A stretch of 64,000 nt of DNA from Octopus sinensis (lineage: Eukaryota), in NCBI RefSeq assembly GCF_006345805.1, contig NC_043000.1, forward strand, positions 19,468,001-19,532,000. Reading direction: 5' to 3'. Under the pieces are notes generated by a model that saw only the letters and a list, made by a program, of their open reading frames with translations, was not told where the DNA came from and ran no database searches. Of this stretch, positions 52,629-64,000 are shown piece by piece. A program made the translations under genes and the position numbers. Numbering within the stretch: the stretch's first letter is position 1; each line of letters starts with the position of its first letter.

Positions 52629-54512
52629 TCTTTTATAAACACGAAATGTTATTACCATCATCATTTTAAGGCACACTTTTCTATGCTTGTGTGGGTCAGA
52701 TGAAATTTGCTGAGGCAGCTTTTCTACAACTGGATGCTCTCTTCCTCTCTTCAACCTCCACCTGTCGCCAAGCTAGTTAATAAGAGAATCTTAGGTATGT
52801 AGACAAAAGAGAGTCTTATGTATGTAGTATTAACTTTTAAACTTGGGACACTTACTAGATTCTTACCAACTATAGTAGAATAAATAATAGTTATAATAAA
52901 ATAATGTTAAAAGCACAAGCAGCTGTTATATAAATCACAGATGCTAAATCGTTTTCAAGAAATTGTTAATAGGCAGAAGAATGATCATGCATTCATTTCT
53001 CATTATTTATGTAGTACATAGCGATAGTAATGAATGTCTGGGTATTGATGGAGTAGTTTTGTGTATTGAAGGAAAACTTCCTTTTTATTGAACCTAATGA
53101 AACAGGATATTGCACTACATGTTCTTATGAAAATGTTTATATTTTCTACCACATAGCAGATAAATATTGGTTTGAAATTTTGGTAGAAGGCTAGTAAGTT
53201 CGGGGGAGGGGTAGGTTGATTACATCAACCCCAGTGTTCAACTGGTACTTGTTTTATGAATCCCAAAAGGATGAAAGGCAAAGTCAACCTTGATGGAATT
53301 TGAACTCGGAACATGAAGACAGACAAAATAACACAAAGCATTTTGCCTGACATGCTAACAATTCTGCCAGCTCACTACCTTATAGCAGATATATATCAAG
53401 CTGTTGTGAATGAAGTTGTTGTTTAGCCCTAGGCTAATCTTAATCAAGCAAACCAACAATGATCAAAAGCATTCCCAATTTCTTTAGAGATATCTTATGA
53501 TTACCGCTTTAATCCTTTTGATGCTAAACAGCCTGAAACAGCTCCTGGTTCTAAGATACAAATTCCCCATTTTAAAACGAACATAAAATTTTCCATCAAA
53601 ATTCTACATTAATTTATATTACAAACACCAGCTTAATAACAACAAAGTTATTTTAATAAAATCATCATTATTTCCAAAATTAATTAAAACAAAGCAGTGT
53701 GTTTCAAGAAAAATATGTTAACAAAATGGTTAAAAAGAATTTGATGCAAATAATTTCATTCTTTTGTTGCTAACCCACATGAGACCATTCTGGTTCTGTG
53801 ACACATATTTCCTGTTTAAAGTAATCTAAATTAAAACCTTCCTTCAAAATTTCATGTTATGTTCCAAGCACCAGCTTGATAATGACAAATTCTTGTTCAA
53901 AATTCTTCATTGATTTCAAAATTAATTGAAAAGGAGGAAGTGTATTCCAACAAAAATATGGTAATAAAAGCGTTAACCAATGAAAATTAAAATTTGCTTC
54001 TAATAATATTGGTTTCAAATTTTGGTACAAGGCCAGCAATTTTGCAGGAGGGAAAAGTTGGTTACATTCATCTCAGTGCTTAACTGGTACTTATTTTATC
54101 GACCCCGAAAGGATGAAAGGCAAAGTGAACCTTGGCAGAATACTTTGTAAGGGGTGGTAGTGTTTCTCAGCCCCAGGTTGGCCAAGCAAGAGCAAACTAT
54201 ATGTAAAAAGCATTCAAGACTTCAATATTTAACGTCCTTTTTGTTTTAAGACATTAAGGCAGTGCTCTGAAGAAAATTTGACTGCAATTTCTAGCAGGTT
54301 ATATGATTGTCATATATGTCAGTCACAAACACTAAAGACATAGACACACAAATATATGTCTGTACAAAGATATACATGTATATACATAAATACATATAGT
54401 AATTATAGGAAACAGATACTTCCATTTACTTGTTTCAATTTATTGCAATTTGACCTAAATTCAGAAATTATCATCATCATCATCATCATTGGCGTCATCA
54501 TTATCACCATTT

Positions 54513-55423
54513 AATATTTTCTTTCCATTTAAGGTGGTTAGAAGACAGAACTGCTAGCATGCCAGGCAAAATGGTTAGCGGCATTTTCTTTGTCTTTACA
54601 TTCTGAGCTCAAGTTCCACCAAGGATGACTTTGCCTTTCATCCTTTCTGGGTCAACAAAATAAGTACCAGTTGAGTACTGGGGTCCGTGCAATCGACTTA
54701 CACTCTCTCCCGAAATTGCTTGCCTTGTGCCAAAATTTGAAACCAATATTTTCCTTCCATTTAATATGGTGAGCTAACAGAATTGTTTGTGCGACAAGCA
54801 GGCAGAAACGTTAGCACGCCGGGCAAAATGCTTAGCGGTATTTCGTCTGCCGCTACATTCTGAGTTCAAATTACGCTGAAGTTGACTTTGCCTTTCATCC
54901 TTTCGGGGACGATTAAATAAGTACCAGTTACACACTGGGGTCGATATAATCGACTTAATCCGTTTGTCTGTCCTTGTTTGTCCCTTCTGCGTGTAGCCCC
55001 TTGTAGGCAGTAAAGAAATAAGAATTGTTTGTGCACCAGAAAAAATACTACAAGACATTTTATCCATCTTTACATCCTGAGTTCAAATCCTGCCATGGTC
55101 AACTTCCTTTTCATCCTTTCAGCATAGGTAAAATAACTACCTGTTGAGTGCTGGGGTCAATGTAATTGACTTAAACTCCCCCTCAAAATTGCTGGCTTTG
55201 TGTCAAAATTTAAAGCAATATTTTCCTTCCATTTAAGGCAGTGGTGTTTTCTCTTGTCATTACCTTCGGAGTTCAAATTCTGTAATGGTTGACTTTGCCT
55301 TTCATCCCTTCAGGGTTGATAAAATTAGTACCAGTTGTGCACTGGGGTCAAATGTAATCAACTAGCTCTCACCCCTGAAACTGCTGATCTTGTGCCAAAA
55401 TTTGAAACCAATATTTTCCTTCC
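54513..55423 (+). repeat. Stack of three old tail-2 SINE C units separated by a repeated 20-bp linker, with a young tail-1 copy nested in the second
   Basis: AATATTTTCCTTCCATTTAA at 54513 (one mismatch), 54745 and 55217, and partially at 55410; nested copy TSD AGAATTGTTTGTGC at 54779-54792 and 55021-55034. Confidence 0.85.
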
Positions 55424-55721
55424 GTGCTGGAATGGGTTGCACAGTTTGACAGAATCCAGTTGGTCACTTTTTTGTTTACTTTGACGCAGTTTCTATGGGT
55501 GTATTCCATTCCTATCACTAACCACTTTACAGCACTTTTTCTTCATGACACTGTCCCGAGTGAAGTCACTGTGAAACTTACAAAGCTAAACAAGGAAAGC
55601 TGCCTTGACTGAGTGTGAGTATGGTAGAGAGAGAGAGAGAGAGGACCTTTAGGCAAGGTAACGAGTTTCAAATTTTGGCACTAGGCCAGCAGTTTCAAGG
55701 GAGGGCTAAGTCAAGTACATC

Positions 55722-56921
55722 TCTTTTACTCTTTTACTTGTTTCAATCATTTGACTGCGGCCATGCTGGTGCACCGCCTTTAATCGAGCAACTCGACCCC
55801 GGGACTTATTCTTTTGTAAGCCCAGTACTTATTCTATCGGTCTCTTTTGCCGAACCGCTAAGTAACGGGGACATAAACAAACCAGCATCAGTTGTCAAAC
55901 AATGCTAAGGGGACAAACACAAACACACAAACACACACATATATATATATACATATATACGATGGGCTTCTTTTCAGTTTCCGTCTACCAAATCCACTCA
56001 CAAGGCTTTGGTCGGCCCGAGGCTATAGTAGAAGACACTTGCCCAAGGTGCCATGCAGTGGGACTGAACCCGGAACCATGTGGTTGGTAAACAAGCTACT
56101 TACCACACAGCCACTCATTGATCAACTGGTACTTATTTTATTGACCCTGAAAGGGATAAAAGGCAAAGTCAACCTCATTAGAATTTGAACTCAGAACGTA
56201 AAGCAAGATGAAATCCCGCTAAGCACTTTGCCAAGCATGCTAATGATTCTATTTCTTTATTGCCCACAAGGGGCTAAACACAGAGCGGACAAACAAGGAT
56301 AGATAAAGGGATTAAGTTGATTACATCGACCCCAGTGTGTAACTGGTACTTAATTTATCGACCTTGAAAGGATGAAAGCAAAGTCGACCTCAGCGGAATT
56401 TGAACTCAGAATGTAACAGCAGACGAAATACTGCTAAGCATTTCGCCCGGCATGCTAACGGTTATGCCAGCTCACCACCTTCTTTAGGCCAGGTATTGAG
56501 AGGCTAAAATATGATAAAGGGACAAGAACAGGTGTTTTGTTGTAGAGGAGTTACGTAGCTCTTTTACTCTTTTACTCTTTTACTTGTTTCAGTCATTTGA
56601 CTGCGGCCATGCTGGAGCACTGCCTTTAATCGATCAAATCGACCCCGGGACTTATTCTTTGTAAGCCCAGTACTTATTCTATCGGTCTCATTTGCCAGCA
56701 TCGATTGTGAAGCAATGCTAGGGGGACAAACACAGACACACAACCCCCCCCCCCACACATATATATATATATATACATATATACGACAGGCTTCATTCAG
56801 TTTCCGTCTACCAAATCCACTCACAAGGCATTGGTCGGCCCAAGATGCCACGCCGTAGGACTGAACCCGGAACCATGTGGTTGGTTAGCAAGCTACTTAC
56901 CACACAGCCACTCCTGTGCCT
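55722..56921 (-). mobile_element. Cluster: SINE B (55722-56116), nested SINE C copies (56117-56480), SINE B (56560-56921)
   Basis: Family consensus matches. Confidence 0.85.
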
Positions 56922-57141
56922 ATTCGACTTTACCTAATAAGTTATTATCTAATTCAAATCTTCATTTTTACCATAAAATGTTAGGCACAATTACAAAAAA
57001 TGTATAAAAATGTTAAGTGATAAATATTTATGTCAGCAAACTTCAGGCGTTGGTGTGGCTATGCAGTCAGAAGCTTGGACCCAGTCCCACTGCATAACAC
57101 CTTGAGCAAATGTCTTCTACTATAACCTTCTACAATAGCCG

Positions 57142-57526
57142 TGGAGGCGCAATGGCCCAGTGGTTAGGGCAGCGGACTCGCAGTCATAGGATCACAGTTT
57201 TGATTCCTAGACTGGGCGTTGTGAGTGTTTATTGAGCGAGAACACATAAAAGTTCCACGAGGCTCCGGCAGGGCATGGTGGTGATCCCTGCTGTACTCTT
57301 TCACCACAACTTTCTCTCACTCTTACTTCCTGTTTCTGTTGTACCTGTATTTCAAAGGGCCGGCCTTGTCACTCTCTGTGTCACGCTGAATATCCCCGAG
57401 AACTACGTTAAGGGTACACGTGTCTGTGGAGTGCTCAGCCACTTACACGTTAATTTCACAAGCAGGCTGTTCCATTGATTCGGATCAACCGGAACCCTTG
57501 TTGTCGGAACCGACGGAGTGCTTCCA
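57142..57526 (+). mobile_element. SINE family A nested in an older SINE B (57045-57870)
   Basis: TSD TCTACAATAGCC at 57129-57140 and 57527-57538. Confidence 0.93.
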
Positions 57527-59231
57527 TCTACAATAGCCATGGGCCAACCAAATCCTCGTGAGTGGGTTTGGTAGATGGGAACTGAAAGAAGTCCATCATA
57601 TGTAAATATCGTGTGTGTGTGTATGTATGTGTGCGTATGTGTGTGTCTGTCTGTTTGTCTCTTTGTCTTTCTTCCCCACCACCACCTTACAACCAGTGTT
57701 GGTGTGTTTACATCCTCATCAAGGAGCAGTCCAGTAAAAGAAACTGATAGAATAAGCACCAAGCTTTAAAAAAAAAGTACTGGGTGATGGGGAGTGATTC
57801 ATTTGACTGGAAAGATTCTTTGAGGCAGAGCTCCAGCATGACCACAATCTAATAAATAAGTAAAAGATGGGAAAAAAAAGTGATGAAATCTGAATTTATT
57901 CATTCATTTGAGGGAAGATAAATGAAACCTTTATCATGACTTAATTATTATTAATACATTTCAACTGCTAATTATTTCTAATTACATAAAGAATTTAATT
58001 ATTTCATTTCCCAACTGATTTTTTTGAAAATATTCATTTCAATTCTCCTTGTATTAAACCATAACCATAGCAACTGTAAAACAGAAACATTATTAAAGTT
58101 GAATACTGCTCCCAAAATAGACCATGGCATGACCAGAAAGAAGCGGAGAGAAGAGAAAGAGAAGAAAAAGTGGGTGAGAGAGAGAGAGAGAGAGAGGAGA
58201 AAGAAGTATAGAAAGAGAGGGCGGAATAGATTAAGTAATACATATAAATTACTCGTTATGTAAAGAGACTGGTAAAGCAAAAGTTTCATGGGATTTTTAA
58301 AACTAAAAATAGATGCGGCATGAAAGTTTTTTGCTTTCCGTGGAGTCATTTGAAAACTATTCAAGGAGATCACATTGTTACAAATTAATTAAGATAAATG
58401 GGAGTTACTGGAAGTTATATGTCATTGTTTCTCATTGAGAGACCTTTTCAACTGTAACGATTAAATAATTAAATTTAGAAAAATTAGAAGAAAAGTTTTT
58501 TTAAAAGAATATTTCTATAGTAGTGTTCAGATATAAGTAGCATTCTGCCTTTCTCTGACTCCCTTGTTTGCACTTGTGTATATTCTGAGTTAAAAATGTT
58601 ATCTCTGAAGTTATGACAAGTCTTATCCTTTTAGAAGGACTTCATAGAAGGACAAAACTGATTATCATTACACCCAAATTAAAACCCTATGAAGAAATGA
58701 CATTAACGAACAAAGTGTGATATTAAAAGAGAAATTAATTCAGCGAGCTGGCAGAATCCTTAGCTCACTTGACAAAACACTTAGTGGCATTTCCTCTCTC
58801 TGGGGCCACGCTGGAGCACTGCCTTTAAGTCGAGCAAATCAACCCCAGGACTTATTCTGAGTTCAAATTCTGCTGAGGTTGATTTTTGCCTTTCTTCTTT
58901 CTGGGGTGTATAAAATAAGTACCAGTTGAATACTGGGATTGATACAATCCACTTAACTCTCACCCGCAAAATTACTGGCCTTGTGCCAAAATTTGAAATC
59001 AATATTAAAAGAGAAGTTGAAATGAATGTTAAAAGAGAAGTCGAGCTGCAGAATTGTTTACATGCTGGGCAAATGGTTGTGTGGTATTTCACCCGTCTTT
59101 ATGTTCTGAGTACAAATTTTGCTGAGGTTGACAGCCTTTCATCCTTTTGGAGTTGATAAACTAAGTACCAGTTAAGCACTTGGGTCAATGTAATTGATTT
59201 TCCCCCTCCCTTAAAATTGTTGGTCTTGTGC

Positions 59232-59396
59232 AGGAGGCACAGGAGTGGCTGTGTGGTAAGTAGTTTGCTTACCAACCACATGGTTCTGGGTTCAGTCCCA
59301 CTGTGTGGAATCTTGGGCAAGTGTCTTCTAATATAACCTCGGGCCGACTAAAGCCTTGTGAGTGGATTTGGTAGACGGAAACTAAAAGAAGCCCTT

Positions 59397-59447
<51 letters not shown>

Positions 59448-59924
59448 AAGGGTGGAAAGGAACACACGAGTTGATATATATGAAAAAACAAGTCAAAAAT
59501 AGAAAATGCTAAGATAATTTTATAGTGAATCTTTCAGTACCGGTTTCGGTCATTTTGAGACCTTTTCAACTGTAACGATTAAATAATTAAATTTAGAAAA
59601 ATTAGAAGAAAAGTTTTTTTGAAAAGAATATTTCTATAGTAGTGTTCAGATATAAGTAGCATTCTGCCTTTCTCTGACTCCCTTGTTTGCACTTGTTCGA
59701 CCTCGAACACACAAGTGCAAACAAGGGAGTCAGAGAAAGGCAGAATGCTACTTATATCTGAACACTACTATAGAAATATTCTTTTAAAAAAACTTTTCTT
59801 CTAATTTTTCTAAATTTAATTATTTAATCGTTACAGTTGAAAAGGTCTCAAAATGACCGAAACCAGTACTGAAAGATTCACTATAAAATTATCTTAGCAT
59901 TTTCTATTTTTGACTTGTTTTTTC

Positions 59925-59987
<63 letters not shown>

Positions 59988-60126
59988 GTATAACGGAAGC
60001 TTTATGAAAATAGACAAAAGACGAAGGCAGGTTTACGGAAATAAACAAAAGACGAAGGCAGGTGGAATACAAACAAACAATTGTGTATATATGTATATAT
60101 ATATATATATATAATATATATATATG

Positions 60127-60193
<67 letters not shown>

Positions 60194-60428
60194 GTTTATG
60201 TATGTGTATGTGTTTGTGTGTCTGTGTTTGTCACCCCAACATCACTTGACAATCGATACTGGTGTGTTTACGTCCCCGTAACTTAGCAGTTCGGCAAAAG
60301 AGACCGATAGAATATGTACTAGGCTTACAAAGAATAAGTCCTGGGGTCGACTTGCTCGACTAAAAGTGGTGCTCCAGCATGGCCACAGTCAAATGACTGA
60401 AACAAGTAAAAGAGTAAAAGAGTAAAGA
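59232..60428 (+). mobile_element. SINE B split at its internal (TA)n by PLE-end insertions
   Basis: 5' half 59232-59445, 3' half about 60110-60428. Confidence 0.85.
59474..59932. repeat. Fold-back palindrome of a PLE 3' end with about 225-bp arms and two hammerheads (U3-A8 variant)
   Basis: Centre GTTCGA-CC-TCGAAC at about 59701; hammerheads at 59535-59572 (-) and 59834-59871 (+). Confidence 0.93.
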
Positions 60429-62516
60429 GAGATAAATTGTAAATGCCTCGTTAAGGTATAGGATCAAAATATACTGGATTTTTAGAGAGAATTTCTGAGA
60501 GGATTTTCAAAGAGAATATTGCTTTCAGAATCATCATAGCCGAGAAGTAGGAAGTTGGAGTATTTTATGATGTTGCAAGTTGGTAAGAAACTCTTTCAAG
60601 AGAAGAAAATACTTGAGATTTGGAAGATTAGAAAACTCAAAGGCTCCTGTAATATATGAGAAAGTGTCTTCTACTTTTGAGCAAGAATTATTCAAATTCT
60701 TTGCTTCTAATAGCCTTGTAAAAGGGGTGAGTGGTAAGGAATGAAGATTCTTCTATACTCACAGATACTACCTTTCAGAAGCTGGAATATAAATTGTTGT
60801 CTAGACAGCAGAAATTGGTTAGAAAGAAGAGAGATATGTAGAATAAGATGTATGGTTTCTATGTAAGTAGGTATCAGTGAGGTGGTGGTGGTGGCAGCAG
60901 TGGTGGTAGTGGTGGTGGTGGGGATTCGTGGCAGTGGCGACATTAACGGCAGTGGTGGTAGTGGCGGTGGTGGTGTTGGTGGTGTTGATAGTTGGAACAC
61001 AGACTGAATTACAGTCTACAAATATTTGTGTTGAAGACGAAATATTTATACAACGGATTGATTGTATTTTTCTCATTACGGTTGTTGCTGTTGTTGCTGT
61101 TGCTGTTTAGCCCCAGGTAAACCTGGTTCAGCAAGCCTGAGATCAAAGGCTTTCTAATCATAATAATTCCATCCTCTTTTGCATAAAACTTGTTCAATAC
61201 ATCCCTCCTCTTCCTGTTTCTTTTGTTTTTTTTGGATATTGGTGTGAGATTCCAAGGATTCCAAGACAAAAGGAAGGAGAAAAGGAAAGGATCATGGAAC
61301 ATGGTTCAAATGCTTACAACAGGGTGGCCTCTTCTAAAAGCACACAGAATACCAGTCATAGTGTAAACTGGGTGATACGTTAAGACTATCAACCAAGTAG
61401 GTCATGGAAGGGTTTTGAACAAAGAAGGCATAGAGCAAATATAATACAGGGAAGCATGGATGCTATGTCTAGCAGATTGGGAGACTGCTTAGAAGCTTCT
61501 TCATTATCTCATTTATTTCTGATGTGGTTTTGATTTGAATATATAAATAGGTACAGATGTGGCTGTGTGGTAAGAAGCTATGCTTCCCAAGTATATGGTT
61601 CCAGGTTCAGTCCTAGTGTGTTGTATTTGAGGTAAGTGCCTTCCACTATAGCTTCAGGCCAATCAAAGCCTTGTGAACAGATTAGGTTGATGGAAACAAA
61701 AAGAAGCCCATTGTATAAATATGTATGTGTTTGTGTGTGTATGTGTACATGTGTACATGTGTGTGTGCAGTTGTATGTGGCTGTGTGCATGTGTGGTTGT
61801 GTGTGTCTTTGTGTTTGTGTTGGTCCCCCACACTACCATCGCTTGACAACCAGTGTTGGTTTGTTTATGTCCTTGTAACTTAGTGGTTCAGAATAAGAGA
61901 CAGATAGAATAAGAAGCAGGTTTTTTTTTTTTTAAATCATTAAATACTGGGGTTAATTTGACTAACATGCTTCAAGAAGGTGCCCCAGCATGGTCACAGT
62001 CCAATGAGTGAAACAAGTTTAAGATAAAAGATTTTTTTCTTTTTTTCATTAGAATCAAGGCAATATCTATTACAGGCATTCTAATACAAGTGGAAGGGAA
62101 GGAGGATAATATTATAGAGCCAGAAACTTCATTTAAATGCTTACATCAGAGTAGATTCAACTAAAGACATAGAATAGAAGTTGTAGTGTTAAACTGGGTG
62201 GTGGTCTAAAACTGTCAGTTGAGTAGGTCATGACAAGATTTTAAACAAAGAAAGCATAAAGCAAATATAATAATTTTTAATATAGGGGAAAAGACCGGGG
62301 AAATTTGAGGAATAAAAGTAATGATGACCTGGTAGGATTTGAACTCTGAATATTAAGAGCTAAAGAAAATATTGCAAGGCATTTACTTTGATGCCCTAAT
62401 AATTCTGTCAATCCAATAACCTGCAAATGAAAAATAATGAAGACCAAAGAATATTACATTTGCAAATTTCCAAATAGAATTACTTTGAATAATTTGTAAA
62501 ACAAGGCTAGAAATGT

Positions 62517-62517
62517 G

Positions 62518-62578
<61 letters not shown>

Positions 62579-63412
62579 ATGTCATCATTTTCTCCATGCT
62601 AGCATGGGTTAGATGGTTCAACTGGAACTGGTAAGACAGAGCTGCACCAGTTTTGGCTTGGTTTCTGTGGCTGGATGCCCTTCCTAATACCAAGCACTCT
62701 ATAGAGTGTACAGGTGCCTTTTTTGTCACAGGCTTGGGTGTTACATGTCATTGGCATGAGTGCTTTTTATTTGTCACTGGCATGGGTGTCTTTTATGTGT
62801 CACCAGCACAGGTGCATGTTACATGTCATTGGCATGAGTGCCTCTTATGTGTCTCTGGCATGGGTGCCTTTTATGCGTCACCAGCACAGGTGCTTGTTAC
62901 ATGTCATTGGAACAGGTGAGTTTTATTTGTTACAGGTATAGGTGTCTTTCATGTGTCACTGACACAGGTGCTTGTTACATGTCATTGGCACGGGTGCCTT
63001 GTATTTGTCACTGGCATGGGTGTCTTTTATGTGTCACCAGCACAAGTACCTATAACATGTAATTGATATGGATGCCTTTTATTTGTTACTGATATGGGTG
63101 TCTTATATGTGTCACTGGCACAGGTGTCTGTCTCATGTCTTTGGCACAGATGCCTTTGTTTGTCACAGGCTTGGGTTTCTTTTATGTGTCACTAGCACAG
63201 GTGCCTGTTACATGTCATTAGTACAGGTGCCTGCTATTTGTTAACGTTATGGGTGTCTTTTATGTATCACTGCACAGGTGCCTGTTACACATAATTGGTA
63301 AGGGGGCCTTTTATGTGTCACTGGCATTAGTGTATTTTATGTATAACTGGCACAGGTGCTCGTTACATGTCTTTGGCACAGGTGCTTTTTATGAGTCATT
63401 GGCATGGGTGCC
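62517..63412 (-). repeat. Family D element whose internal 26-bp motif has expanded into a degenerate minisatellite of about 700 bp
   Basis: (ATC)n tail at 62517-62580, body to 62715, then about 27 units of GTGCYTTTTAYRTGTCACTGGCAYRG. Confidence 0.85.
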
Positions 63413-63418
63413 TTTTAA

Positions 63419-64000
63419 CCCCTTACCCGGCAGAAACGAATATATGCGTTTTGACCGAAATCATTTTTTTCTATCTCTGGCGAGTTAACTCGTCAAAAGA
63501 TAGACTCGCCAAAATCGACAGCAAACGAGTTCCTTTGTCTATTATAAACTCTTTTTTGACATATACGAGTATATTCGCTCACTTTATACGTCCGGCAGTG
63601 ACGATTTCTGCCACCTTTCGCTTGAGTAAGGCATTGAAGACCGAGTATGATTTAGTCACCTGGAGACAGTCGAAGAGTTGGAAGGCACATTTTATGAATA
63701 GAAGTATTCACTTTGTTTTTACGTTGTTTTTTTTTATACCTTTATATTATAACCCCACCATGTCGATAACCAAATAAAATAACAAGATTTTTTGTAAAAG
63801 TAATATGATTTATGAAAAAAATGGGTTAACTCGTTTCTGCCCAAAGCGGTAATTTAAAATCAATATTATTGAATTAAAATTCATAATAAATAAGGTTTGA
63901 AATATACCTCGAAATCACCATTCAAAACATAGTAAAATAAAACAATTAAAAAATATGTCTGAAAAAATACATTTATTTTCAAAATAATTGTTGGGTAAGG
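63419..64000. mobile_element. Probable piggyBac-type MITE running to the window edge
   Basis: TTAA|CCCCTTACCC left end; the window ends in GGGTAAGG (reverse complement CCTTACCC). Confidence 0.6.

Noticed and set aside
61300-62275. Diverged direct repeat pair of about 130 bp (61305-61445 and 62135-62272)
   Set aside because: Looks like an old dispersed repeat; no termini, TSD or coding signal to classify it

Overview
AT-rich, microsatellite-dense animal genomic DNA whose repeat content strongly resembles octopus (inferred from the SINE families; not verified by search). No rRNA, true tRNA gene, CRISPR array or confidently identifiable host gene was found; only weak candidate exons. Most ORFs in the track are microsatellite or SINE artefacts. 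The window is a nested stack of mobile DNA: at least five tRNA-derived or LINE-tailed SINE families (several with clean 12-14 bp TSDs), Penelope-like elements (PLEs; one near-complete RT plus GIY-YIG copy), R4/Dong, Tx1-like, CRE-like, RTE and Jockey/CR1-like LINE relics, Tc1 and mariner fragments, hAT, mariner and piggyBac-type MITEs, and Helitron/Helentron-type elements. The main unexplained signal is a set of about ten type I hammerhead ribozyme motifs in PLE-type ends next to simple repeats, mostly (TA)n. They include a non-coding 491-bp tandem repeat with one hammerhead per unit (retrozyme-like), a recurrent U4C core variant, and a U3-A8 core variant with stem covariation. Also notable: a SINE family that stacks into its own copies, and three short inverted insertions copied from 1.2-1.8 kb downstream.
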